A stretch of DNA of 64,000 nt, taken from positions 5,159-69,158 of the forward strand of contig CAMJNS010000001.1 in NCBI GenBank assembly GCA_946407375.1. Direction: 5' to 3'. How positions within the stretch are numbered: the first letter of the stretch is position 1; the number at the start of each line of letters is the position of its first letter. The stretch is from an uncultured bacterium. GTDB taxonomy: Bacteria; Muiribacteriota; Ozemobacteria; Ozemobacterales; Ozemobacteraceae. This document shows positions 47,780-56,740 of this stretch, in pieces. The position numbers were made by a program, and so were the translations under genes. The notes below the pieces were generated by a model that ran no database searches, had not been told where the DNA came from, and was given only the letters and a program-made list of their open reading frames with translations.

Positions 47780-49549
47780 ATGATTACTATTAAAAGCATT
47801 TTAAAAACAGGAATATATTTTATTATAGCCTGCTATTTAGCTATAACTCTGTCTGGTTGTCAAGGAGGAGCTACAGGACTTATAAGCATAACTCCGGAAC
47901 AATATCTAGCTTCTGCCAAAGAACAATTTGAAACAATGGATGAACGTGACTATGAAATAAGAGATTTAGATGAAATCATAAGAGTTTTAGAAAATGCTGA
48001 AAAAGGAGCTAAAAAATCTGAAACTATTGATAGATCGAGAATGTATTTGACTCTCTTATATACCATGAAAGCAAGAAAGCAATATCAAAATGCTTTAATG
48101 AAAGGCGAATATATAGCAAACAGACCAGAACCCTTTTACACTATAAATACAAAAGATGTCAAAGAAACTCTCAGAACAGCAAAGAAATGGCTAAGACAGA
48201 CTAATTCTACATTTAAAACCAAGGCAATATTAGCTGATTTTAATTATGTAAAAGGCATTTATTATACACAAAAGATGCTTACACAGCAAAGTAGAGAAAG
48301 ACAAGAAAGCTTAGATGAAGCCATAATAAGTTTTAGAAGATGCTTAGGAATTGCTCCTAGTTATATAGGAGAATTTAAACTTTTTGGAATGCCCCAAACA
48401 GACCGTGAAGTAAAACTAAAATTAATTGAATGCTTAGCTGAAGGTGGTATGGCCGCAGATGCATATGGAATACTTTCTGAATTCAGTTTTGCTCCAATAA
48501 TACCAATATCTGGAGCAAATGAAAGCTATGATTATCAATGGATACATATGAAAGCCTTAGTTCTTGGCTGTATGGGAATGTATGAAGAAGCTGCAAAGAC
48601 ATTAAACAGATTTAAAGTAGTTTCACCCGTAGATTATCCTATGGTAGATGAATCAATATGGCTTTTAGAAGGAATATACAAAAAGCTTTACGAAATAACA
48701 AAAGAAGAAAAATACGATATGGAAGCCAAAATAGCAGCTTCGATATTAAAAAAGCTAGGCGGTCCTTATTCAACAGAAACCTATTCTGACGCTTCTTTAA
48801 TATTTCCAAAACAAATGCCTGGCGATTTAGAATACAACAAATCTGTAATAGATTTTTATAATGGCAAGTTTTCAAAATCTTTAGAAATACTAAATAAAAT
48901 TAATAATAGAAGTGTTATGACAAATAGCAACAGAGTATCAGCAAAGCTATTAAGAATTGAAGCAATGCTTTATTCAGGGAAAAAGCTTAGTGATGATTGT
49001 ATTGAAGACTTAATTTCACTATCTGGCAACAAATATTTAAATCAACTTCAAAAAAGTAAACTTGGATATTTAATTGCCAGATATATTATGGATGAAGATT
49101 CAACTTTCAATACAAGTAGAGTTAATCATGAAGGACAAAGCTTTGTAAGAAGTTTTTTAGGGAAACCCTGGACAATAGATTTAAAATACAAAAAAGGAAG
49201 TATTAAGCGTATAAAAAATACTAAAAAAGATACTCGAAGCATAAGAAAAGATGATAAGACCAAAAATAAAGAAGATGAGATAGAAATAGAACCAGGAGAA
49301 TTGATTGCAGAAATATATGCAAACAAAGCAGAAGATTGGGTAGTAAGTTCTAATATTTATTTAGTAGCTTTACCAGAAATGAATATGCTTACAACTACAA
49401 GAATTGTTGGACGTGAAGAAGATGGAAAATGGATATTTAAAGATAATCAACTTGATAGCATAAAAAATAGAAACTTCTATTTGGTTATTTTTGAATATGA
49501 TAATTCTGATAGTGACAAATCTATTCAAGGCTACATTTATAATAATTAG
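47780..49549 (+). CDS. Large lipoprotein (589 aa), predicted helical/TPR-like, unknown function.
   Basis: Lipobox LSGC after a hydrophobic N-terminal segment. No recognisable catalytic motifs. Confidence 0.55.
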   Translation: MITIKSILKTGIYFIIACYLAITLSGCQGGATGLISITPEQYLASAKEQFETMDERDYEIRDLDEIIRVLENAEKGAKKSETIDRSRMYLTLLYTMKARKQYQNALMKGEYIANRPEPFYTINTKDVKETLRTAKKWLRQTNSTFKTKAILADFNYVKGIYYTQKMLTQQSRERQESLDEAIISFRRCLGIAPSYIGEFKLFGMPQTDREVKLKLIECLAEGGMAADAYGILSEFSFAPIIPISGANESYDYQWIHMKALVLGCMGMYEEAAKTLNRFKVVSPVDYPMVDESIWLLEGIYKKLYEITKEEKYDMEAKIAASILKKLGGPYSTETYSDASLIFPKQMPGDLEYNKSVIDFYNGKFSKSLEILNKINNRSVMTNSNRVSAKLLRIEAMLYSGKKLSDDCIEDLISLSGNKYLNQLQKSKLGYLIARYIMDEDSTFNTSRVNHEGQSFVRSFLGKPWTIDLKYKKGSIKRIKNTKKDTRSIRKDDKTKNKEDEIEIEPGELIAEIYANKAEDWVVSSNIYLVALPEMNMLTTTRIVGREEDGKWIFKDNQLDSIKNRNFYLVIFEYDNSDSDKSIQGYIYNN

Positions 49550-49553
49550 ATAA

Positions 49554-49581
49554 AAGATATAAGATATAAGATAGAAGATAG
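49554..49581. repeat. Four tandem copies of the heptanucleotide AAGATA(T/G) just downstream of the lipoprotein gene.
   Basis: aagatat aagatat aagatag aagatag, read directly. Confidence 0.7.
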
Positions 49582-49737
49582 AAGTTCTAAATGGAATTTT
49601 TAATCATATCTTTCTCTATCATTTTCATCTTACAGCTTATAGCTTAAATTTTTAATAAAGTGTACACAATTATAAAATACCCCCTTGCGGTTTCTTAATA
49701 TATTCGTTATAATTAGAACATAAGTTTACAAGAAAAA

Positions 49738-50490
49738 GTGGAGGTCGCTATGATCCATAAATTATCCCGCAATAAAAGTATTGCTTACGTTTTGATTCTT
49801 TCTTTCGTTTTCGCTCTATATTCTCCTATTGCCGCAAGAGCAGGAGTTCTTGGTAGCGTCCTTAACTTCGTTAAACCATATGCAAAAATATTAGGAAACA
49901 TTGGTGGTGCTATCGCTGGTGCTTCAATGGGTTCAGCTTTTTGTCCACCTCTTGGCACAATCGCTGGTGGTATATTAGGTTATGTAGTTGGTGGAGTTTT
50001 AGCTAATTATGCAGCTGGTGGACTTTCTAACGTTGCCACATTAGGTGGAGCTGCTGTTGGTTATGCTGCACTCGCTGGTTCTGGTCCTGTTGGAATGGTA
50101 GCTGGCGTATTCTTAGGTGGTTTATTAGGTAAAGTAGCATATAAATTAGTTAAGAAACTTGATAATTCTATCACAGGTGGCGTAGTATTCGCTCCAGTAG
50201 TTGAAAAAGAAGCTAATGATTCTACTACAGTTTCTGTTGGTGAAGATAAAGTAGTTCTTTCTGATAGTATTCCATTATCAAATGATAAAGCTCAGAGTCC
50301 TGTTGTTGAAAAAACAAATGTAACTCCAGTAGATATGTCTATACAAGAAGCTACTCAGAAGTATCAGGAAGCTTATCAGAGATATGTTACTGCAGCTCGT
50401 GATGGTGCTAACAGTACTGAAATAAATCAAGCTCATAAAGAATATCTTGAAGCTTATGAAAACTACAAAAAGGTAACTGCCTCTAAGTAA
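49738..50490 (+). CDS. Glycine-zipper membrane protein (GxxxG-rich region), C-terminal helical domain.
   Basis: Signal-like N-terminus (likely start at MIHKL..., 49750). The region GGAIAGASMGSAFCPPLGTIAGGILGYVVGGVLANYAAGG...GMVAGVFLGGLLG carries glycine-zipper motifs. Confidence 0.6.
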   Translation: MEVAMIHKLSRNKSIAYVLILSFVFALYSPIAARAGVLGSVLNFVKPYAKILGNIGGAIAGASMGSAFCPPLGTIAGGILGYVVGGVLANYAAGGLSNVATLGGAAVGYAALAGSGPVGMVAGVFLGGLLGKVAYKLVKKLDNSITGGVVFAPVVEKEANDSTTVSVGEDKVVLSDSIPLSNDKAQSPVVEKTNVTPVDMSIQEATQKYQEAYQRYVTAARDGANSTEINQAHKEYLEAYENYKKVTASK

Positions 50491-50504
50491 TATTAAGTAA
50501 ACTT

Positions 50505-50546
50505 AAAAAGCCTCAATTATATATATAATTGAGGCTTTTTTATTTC
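50505..50546 (+). terminator. Strong rho-independent terminator ending the 45.6-50.5 kb gene set.
   Basis: aaaaa-gcctcaattatat/atataattgaggc-tttttt: a perfect 13-bp inverted repeat with a T-run. Confidence 0.75.
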
Positions 50547-50938
50547 TCTATAATTGCTATAGTATGGCACATATAAAAAACCTCTCCTCCTCTTAAGAAC
50601 TTTTGTCTGAAAACTTGGGTAAAAGCAAATTATGTAAAGTTAAAACTTGGAAAGAATCATATTCTACTCTCTCTTTTTAAAGGGGAGTATTTTATTGGCT
50701 TATTTCATCTTAAAAAAATTGTAACTAATTGGATTAACAATTTACAATTACGAGCAATACTAAGCAATCTAAAGGCAAAAATCATAAAATTTGTTATAAA
50801 AGAGGAAGTCTGAAAAGCGTGCTGGGTAATTTTACTTATAATTTTTTTCTCGTCTTAAAAACAACGGATCAATTATAAACCTAGACAGAGAGAAATAAAA
50901 GGCTTTGAAGCTTTCAAATATATAAAAAATAGTATTTC

Positions 50939-51574
50939 TTATTGTGTAGCCTGTAAAACCCAGTTAACCTTACGAGGAGTAATAACCATAAAAATAGTTT
51001 TTACTCTAGGATCATCATCTGGATTTTCTAATATCTTTGCTTTATCTTCTTCTGAAAGTTTATTAAACTTTTCTGAATAAAGAATTTTCATTGAAACTTT
51101 AACCCAAACCTGAGCATTAAGTGTTAATTCAGATTCAACAAATGCATTTGCATCCCTATAACTGAAGTCATATTCGAAAGATAAAATCTGACCATCGTCA
51201 AATAAAAATTGTTTCATTTCTGAAACATCAGGGTCAGGTTCGTCTATTGCTCCTTTTTCACCACGATACATTCTTCTTGTTTCTTCATCGTAAAAATATA
51301 CCATTGTCTTCGTAGCAGACATAGGAATATTCAACATTCCATTACGCAATTCTGGCTTTGCTGCAGCATTTCTTAATTCATTTCTCAAACCAGACATTAT
51401 AATACGTGTAGTTTGTAAAATATCTAACTTATTCTGAGAATGTAAAAAAGATTGATTAAAAGACTTAAATATCTGATAAACAGAACCAGAAAGCAATACA
51501 AATATACCCATAGTGAAAATAACTTCTACCATAGTAAAAGCTTTTCGTTTTTTGTTTAAATAATTACTCATCAT
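50939..51574 (-). CDS. Type IV pilin-like / pseudopilin protein (prepilin-type N-terminal methylation domain).
   Basis: ...KKRKAFTMVEVIFTMGIFVLLSG is a prepilin leader plus hydrophobic helix. Confidence 0.6.
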   Translation of the reverse strand: MMSNYLNKKRKAFTMVEVIFTMGIFVLLSGSVYQIFKSFNQSFLHSQNKLDILQTTRIIMSGLRNELRNAAAKPELRNGMLNIPMSATKTMVYFYDEETRRMYRGEKGAIDEPDPDVSEMKQFLFDDGQILSFEYDFSYRDANAFVESELTLNAQVWVKVSMKILYSEKFNKLSEEDKAKILENPDDDPRVKTIFMVITPRKVNWVLQATQ

Positions 51575-51575
51575 A

Positions 51576-52022
51576 TTAATAATAATTATACCTTGGATCT
51601 GTTAAAACAGTAACAAAAGTTAAATCAGGAATTTCATTTCCTTTAACCTGTTGATGTTTTGCTCTAACAACAACTTCGACTTTAAGCAAATATTGAGCCT
51701 TTGAACCTTCTGGAGCGGGTTCAATTAATGTTAAAGAACAATTTGGCTCAGATATTTCATAACCATTTTTATCAGCTATAATTTTTAAGTCAACAAAATC
51801 ATCGTCTTTAGCTATTTTCTGAGCTTTATCATAACCTAAAGTTCTCGCAAGTTCTAAAACTGAAGCACCCATCAATGTTGAAATAATTCTATTATCAGCT
51901 CTACTTATTCTTTGTTGCCCAGATTTTAATAAAGAATAAACGGGCAATAATCCACAAGAAATTAAAACAAGCACAACAAGTATTTCAACCATTGTAAATG
52001 CTTTTCGGTTTTTGCTAATCAT
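51576..52022 (-). CDS. Type IV pilin-like / pseudopilin protein.
   Basis: MISKNRKAFTMVEILVVLVLISCGLL is a prepilin N-terminus. It overlaps the upstream gene by 4 nt. Confidence 0.65.
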   Translation of the reverse strand: MISKNRKAFTMVEILVVLVLISCGLLPVYSLLKSGQQRISRADNRIISTLMGASVLELARTLGYDKAQKIAKDDDFVDLKIIADKNGYEISEPNCSLTLIEPAPEGSKAQYLLKVEVVVRAKHQQVKGNEIPDLTFVTVLTDPRYNYY

Positions 52023-54559
52023 CTTTCATACTTCCAATCGAATTTTCCAACTCCGCCTGTTACTATTTTAGCAACATACATGCTATCCATCAATTCAGGT
52101 CTTTGATTACGCCAAATACCATTTAATGGATTATATATTATTACATTTTCTTGATCTACTTCTGGGAGATGTTGTTTTAAATCCAAATAAGGTGTGACCA
52201 CAGTACCTTTTATGGTAATAGGTTTTGGTCCTTTTATAATTAAAGGTCGACAAACAGATATTAAATTTGCTTCTACCAAACACCTATTTCCTTGTGCCTG
52301 TTCAGTATTAATAGCAATCTGAGGTGCTATAATCGTTATTAAATGATTACCTAGCGAAGATTCTAACGCTGCTTCATCTGGAGTATCTACTGATAGGAAA
52401 TCTCCTTTAATCGCAATGTCTCCACCCATCATACCTGGGCTAGAGTATATAATTCCATGACCTCTATACCTTAAATTTCTTAAAGCTAAATCATCGGAAT
52501 CATTAAGAGCAAGAATTCCGTTAAGTTCTAACGTCTGGTTATTTGCACCACTCATATAAGACTGAACATTATCTACATATTTATAAAAGAATCTGTCGTA
52601 AGCAACTCCACCAATAGCAACAGTTTTTCTTCCTCTAAAGAAATCTTCTGTACTTCGAGGAATAAAATAAAAATCCATTAAAAAGGCTTGGGCCAAATCT
52701 CCTGGTAAAGCATAGCTTAATGCACCTTCATAAAATTCTCTCATAGGAGATTGTCCTATTACAGTACCCATATCAGAAGGAACGGAACCATAAGGATAAG
52801 GAGCACTTTCTAGATAACCACCCATATAATCCTTTAACTTACCTTTATATTCTTCTTGTTTATCCTGAATTCTATTAAGGAAATGGGCAAGACCCTTATT
52901 ATAGAGTTCCATACCAGAATCGCTCATAAAGTTCTTGTATTTTTTATATTCATGTAAGCCTTCTGGAAAATCATTCCAATTTTTAATTAATTTATTAACA
53001 TGGTCAATAGGAACACCTGCATTTAGGAAAAGCATCTTTGCTTGAGTTGCATTCATTTCTTTATCATCTTCTATCCCAAGCATATTAAATATACTATCGT
53101 TTACATATGGCAACTCAATTTCTTCACCTGTTTTATCTATCTTAAGCTGAACAGCTCTAAAATACTGTCTCACAGCTGGTCCATAAATCAAAGTAGGAGA
53201 TACTTTTGAAAAATCAGCACCTGATTTTGGCATGTAATTGGTTGCCGAAGTTGGCAGAGCAACCCCAAAAGGATGGAATCCACTAAGCTCCAAATTTGGA
53301 GTCATACGTTCCATGAACAACCTTTCAGCAGTACCTTGTTCGTATTGTCCTACCATAGTCCCAGTATAAGCTTCATAGCTCTTAAAACAATTAATAAAAG
53401 ATGGGGGACCATTAGGCACACTTTCTAATAATTCTTTGCCTGAACCAACATTAAATATTCTAACTTGATTTTTATTACCCCATCCTGTAAACCATAAAAT
53501 ACCATCTTTGGTTTTTTCTTGCCCCTGCAATACCATATACTTTTTAACATAATTTTTCATTCCAGTCCAAGGAACGTCAAAAAGCAAAAAGGCATTATCT
53601 TGCCCATTCATCATATATTTTACATTTTCATTAGGGTCATAATCATCATTACTGCCAAATAACAACTTAGCCCCATTTGTAGAACGAATGTAAACAGAAG
53701 TACCAGTATTTGAAAAAGTATTAAGATCTTGCCCTAAGAAAACTCTACCTGGAGGAGTAACAGCCTTTTCACCAGTTCTTGAAAGCATATCTTCCCAACC
53801 ATCACTACCGCTGTAGTCTCGAACAGGATCAAAATTAGCCTTAACAAAATTCCAACCATTATCTAATCTAAGACGTTGATTCTGCAAAATAGAAGATGGG
53901 TAAGTATTAAAATTAGAATTACCACCAACACTAGCATCTCTTACAAATAAAGTAAAATAGTTATAAGGTGGCACAAAAGTTTTAACACATCTAATCAAAA
54001 AATTTAAAGATACTTTAGCTTCGTGACCTTTAAATTTAACAATAGCAGTAACAATCAAGTCGCCCTGCTTTTCTTTCAAATCCTGTTTAATCTTGTAAAG
54101 AACATTATCACCACTAGAGGCTTCTACAGGATTTATATGTTGCAATCTCAATGTTGCATTTATAATAAAATCATTTGAACTTGTTAATCCTCTTTCAAAT
54201 CTTAACCCATAGGTTTGTCTAGCGATTTCTCTAGTAAAAACAGTAAGGTTAGCAACCTGATTAGCATCAAGAGTTATGTCTTTAGATACATCTAAATCAT
54301 GAGCCCTTAAAACCTTATATAGTTGGTTATTACTATCATCATGATTCAATGAATTTTTTAGTCTGGCAACAAATTCTTCTATAGCTGATTCGGCAAGACT
54401 AAAAGCGACTTCTGATTCATAAGACATTGAAGAAGAATAGTCTTCGGAACCTGTGAAAAATGTAAAAGCGAACCCCATAATAAATATTACTGTAAGTAAC
54501 GTAAGGGTTAACAAAAACACAGATCCACGTTTACTCGAAGTCATATTTTTTATCTCCAA
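52019..54559 (-). CDS. Very large PilX/GspK-like protein (846 aa).
   Basis: SKRGSVFLLTLTLLTVIFIMGFAFTFF...SLAESAIEEF is a PilX_N/GspK-type N-terminus. It heads a minor-pilin operon. Confidence 0.55.
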   Translation of the reverse strand: MEIKNMTSSKRGSVFLLTLTLLTVIFIMGFAFTFFTGSEDYSSSMSYESEVAFSLAESAIEEFVARLKNSLNHDDSNNQLYKVLRAHDLDVSKDITLDANQVANLTVFTREIARQTYGLRFERGLTSSNDFIINATLRLQHINPVEASSGDNVLYKIKQDLKEKQGDLIVTAIVKFKGHEAKVSLNFLIRCVKTFVPPYNYFTLFVRDASVGGNSNFNTYPSSILQNQRLRLDNGWNFVKANFDPVRDYSGSDGWEDMLSRTGEKAVTPPGRVFLGQDLNTFSNTGTSVYIRSTNGAKLLFGSNDDYDPNENVKYMMNGQDNAFLLFDVPWTGMKNYVKKYMVLQGQEKTKDGILWFTGWGNKNQVRIFNVGSGKELLESVPNGPPSFINCFKSYEAYTGTMVGQYEQGTAERLFMERMTPNLELSGFHPFGVALPTSATNYMPKSGADFSKVSPTLIYGPAVRQYFRAVQLKIDKTGEEIELPYVNDSIFNMLGIEDDKEMNATQAKMLFLNAGVPIDHVNKLIKNWNDFPEGLHEYKKYKNFMSDSGMELYNKGLAHFLNRIQDKQEEYKGKLKDYMGGYLESAPYPYGSVPSDMGTVIGQSPMREFYEGALSYALPGDLAQAFLMDFYFIPRSTEDFFRGRKTVAIGGVAYDRFFYKYVDNVQSYMSGANNQTLELNGILALNDSDDLALRNLRYRGHGIIYSSPGMMGGDIAIKGDFLSVDTPDEAALESSLGNHLITIIAPQIAINTEQAQGNRCLVEANLISVCRPLIIKGPKPITIKGTVVTPYLDLKQHLPEVDQENVIIYNPLNGIWRNQRPELMDSMYVAKIVTGGVGKFDWKYER

Positions 54560-55124
54560 TTTTTGTAGCAGAAGCTATAAAATCTTGACAAATCATCCCA
54601 TCTAAATAGGCCTTTTTGTATCTTTTATCCTTTTGAACTTCTGTCATAGCTTCCATCATCTTCTTATATGAATGTTTGCGTCGCCCTGGCTGTTCTTTCT
54701 TACCATATACCATTGCTTCAAAAGCATAAATCTGCATCATAAGATAAGGATCATTATTTACACCTTGTTTGATTCGTTCTATTTCTCTAAGGGCACTATC
54801 GTAATTGCGGTCCTTATACATCTTATTTGCATATTCAAACTTTTCATACAATTCGTTAGTTCGTTCGTCACTAGGTCTTAACGGTAACTCACCGTATAAA
54901 TCTATGTCTATATCACCAAATTCATTCTCGCTTACAGATAGAGCTTTATTTTTTTTATCAAGTTTTTTATTTGATTTTTTTTTAATATTCTCTACTAAAG
55001 TGGAATTACCATTTTTTTTATCAGTCAACTTTTTACGCCCACAACAACCTTCTAGCCAAACAGCCATTAGGAGTACAGTCATAAAACATACCCAACGATA
55101 TAAATAGCTTATTTTACAGGTCAT
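54531..55124 (-). CDS. Small lipoprotein, helical (TPR-like), first gene of the minor-pilin operon.
   Basis: The internal start MTVLLMAVWLEGCCG (55082) gives a signal peptide plus lipobox. K-rich linker. It overlaps the PilX-like gene by 29 nt. Confidence 0.45.
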   Translation of the reverse strand: MTCKISYLYRWVCFMTVLLMAVWLEGCCGRKKLTDKKNGNSTLVENIKKKSNKKLDKKNKALSVSENEFGDIDIDLYGELPLRPSDERTNELYEKFEYANKMYKDRNYDSALREIERIKQGVNNDPYLMMQIYAFEAMVYGKKEQPGRRKHSYKKMMEAMTEVQKDKRYKKAYLDGMICQDFIASATKIGDKKYDFE

Positions 55125-55262
55125 AGTAGTAATAAAAAATTTAGAGATATTATTATTTTATTCTATTAATATAAATTAGTCAACTTACATAAATGTAAAA
55201 TTTAATTAATTAATTCTCTATATTTCTTGACAACAACAAGTAATAAAGCTAAACTTCCCATT

Positions 55263-55964
55263 ATGAAAAGTACATTGATTAAAAACATTAATTATATTCT
55301 TATAACCTCCTTATTGCTGTCTTCTCCTTTGTTTGCCAAAAACAATAATAAGCAAACAGCAGAAGAACCCAAGTCGCATAATTTCATCGCCTTTGATGAT
55401 GCAGTTTACAACACTTCTCCAGATAAACGTATTGGGGCGAAGATACTAGTCGACACTAATCGAGTCGGTCCTTCAATAGCCGCAATGACTCATCTAACAT
55501 ATTTGCCTGGTGCACATGTAACTAGCCATAGACACGTATATGTTACGGAAATCATTTATGTACTTGAAGGAAACCTTACCGTAAGAATAGGCACAGAAAC
55601 TAAAATTTTAGGGAAAGACAGTACTGCCTTCGTTCCTCCCAAAACCTTTCATGAACTAATGAATGATTCAGCAGATGTTGTAAAATTCTTGCAGTATTAT
55701 TCTCCCTCTGGAGCAGAAGAAGAATATCGCAACTGGGAAAACCCCAAAACAGCTGAAGCCAAAGCTCAAGCAGAAGAAATAGAAAAACAAATTGAGCAAA
55801 AAAATAAAGGACCAGAAGAAATACAAGGACCAGCTCCTTTAACAGTACCTGGCAGTCCCACATCTGTAAAACTTGGCGATGTAAAAATGGAATCTGAAGA
55901 TGAAAGTTCTAAGAAAAAAGAATTACTTTTGAATTTAAAACCAACTTCAGAAAAAAAAGAGTAA
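55263..55964 (+). CDS. Exported cupin-domain protein.
   Basis: Signal peptide MKSTLIKNINYILITSLLLSSPLFA. ...HRHVYVTEIIYVLEGNLTVRIG...FHELMN is a cupin beta-barrel motif. The track start at 55227 overlaps a TTGACA -35-like hexamer, so 55263 is preferred. Confidence 0.55.
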   Translation: MKSTLIKNINYILITSLLLSSPLFAKNNNKQTAEEPKSHNFIAFDDAVYNTSPDKRIGAKILVDTNRVGPSIAAMTHLTYLPGAHVTSHRHVYVTEIIYVLEGNLTVRIGTETKILGKDSTAFVPPKTFHELMNDSADVVKFLQYYSPSGAEEEYRNWENPKTAEAKAQAEEIEKQIEQKNKGPEEIQGPAPLTVPGSPTSVKLGDVKMESEDESSKKKELLLNLKPTSEKKE

Positions 55965-55974
55965 TGGTGATTCA

Positions 55975-56727
55975 ATGACTGAAAATTACGCAAAATCCTA
56001 TTATAGCGAAGGTTTACTTGAAGAAGCAATCCAAGAAAACAAAAGAAAGTTAGAAGCTGATCCTAGCAATCATATGCTTAGATGCAGTCTTGCTAATTCA
56101 CTTTTTAGAATCGGAAAAATAGAAGAAGCAATATCTGAATATCGTAAATGCATTGAAACATCACCTTCTAGTGAATATTGGAATAATTTAGGCAAAGCAT
56201 TATTAAATGCAGGTAAATACGAAGAAGCGCAAAAAGCTTTTATCAATGTATTAGAAAAAAACAATTGGCCTGATGCTCATTTTCATTTGGCTTTAGCCTT
56301 AAGAAGCTCTGGAAAATTAGAAGAAGCCCTAAAAGAATTAGATGAATCTCTCAAGATTAATCCCAAATATCGTGAAGCAATCAATGAAAGAGCACAAATT
56401 CTTGAAACCTTAAACAGAAAAGATGAAGCTTTAACCGAATATAAAAAAGTTATAGCACTTTTCTTTGCTGAATACCAAGCTAGAGATACAGAAGACTATT
56501 GTTATGAAACAGCAGTACTGCTAGACAATAACGATTTAATTGACGAACTAATCAGACAATTACGTCAACATATTCAAAAGTATCCAGGTTTTGCAGACGG
56601 TTATTATAAATTAGGTCAAGCTCTTGAAGCAAAAGGGCTTCGCAACGAAGCAATGATGGCTTTTAGACGTGCATTAGAAATTAATCCTAGCTATGAAATA
56701 GCTAGAAAAAGTTTTTGGAAAAGATAA
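55975..56727 (+). CDS. Cytoplasmic TPR-repeat protein.
   Basis: Repeated A..Y/N..G..EEA..F...L...P TPR pattern throughout. No signal peptide. Confidence 0.7.
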   Translation: MTENYAKSYYSEGLLEEAIQENKRKLEADPSNHMLRCSLANSLFRIGKIEEAISEYRKCIETSPSSEYWNNLGKALLNAGKYEEAQKAFINVLEKNNWPDAHFHLALALRSSGKLEEALKELDESLKINPKYREAINERAQILETLNRKDEALTEYKKVIALFFAEYQARDTEDYCYETAVLLDNNDLIDELIRQLRQHIQKYPGFADGYYKLGQALEAKGLRNEAMMAFRRALEINPSYEIARKSFWKR

Positions 56728-56740
56728 AAGGGTTATATAA

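Noticed and set aside
50547-50938. Possible small RNA or mobile-element remnant in the ~400-bp non-coding gap
   Set aside because: No convincing secondary structure, inverted terminal repeats or coding signal could be supported by eye. Only a tiny ORF (MAHIKNLSSS) was seen.
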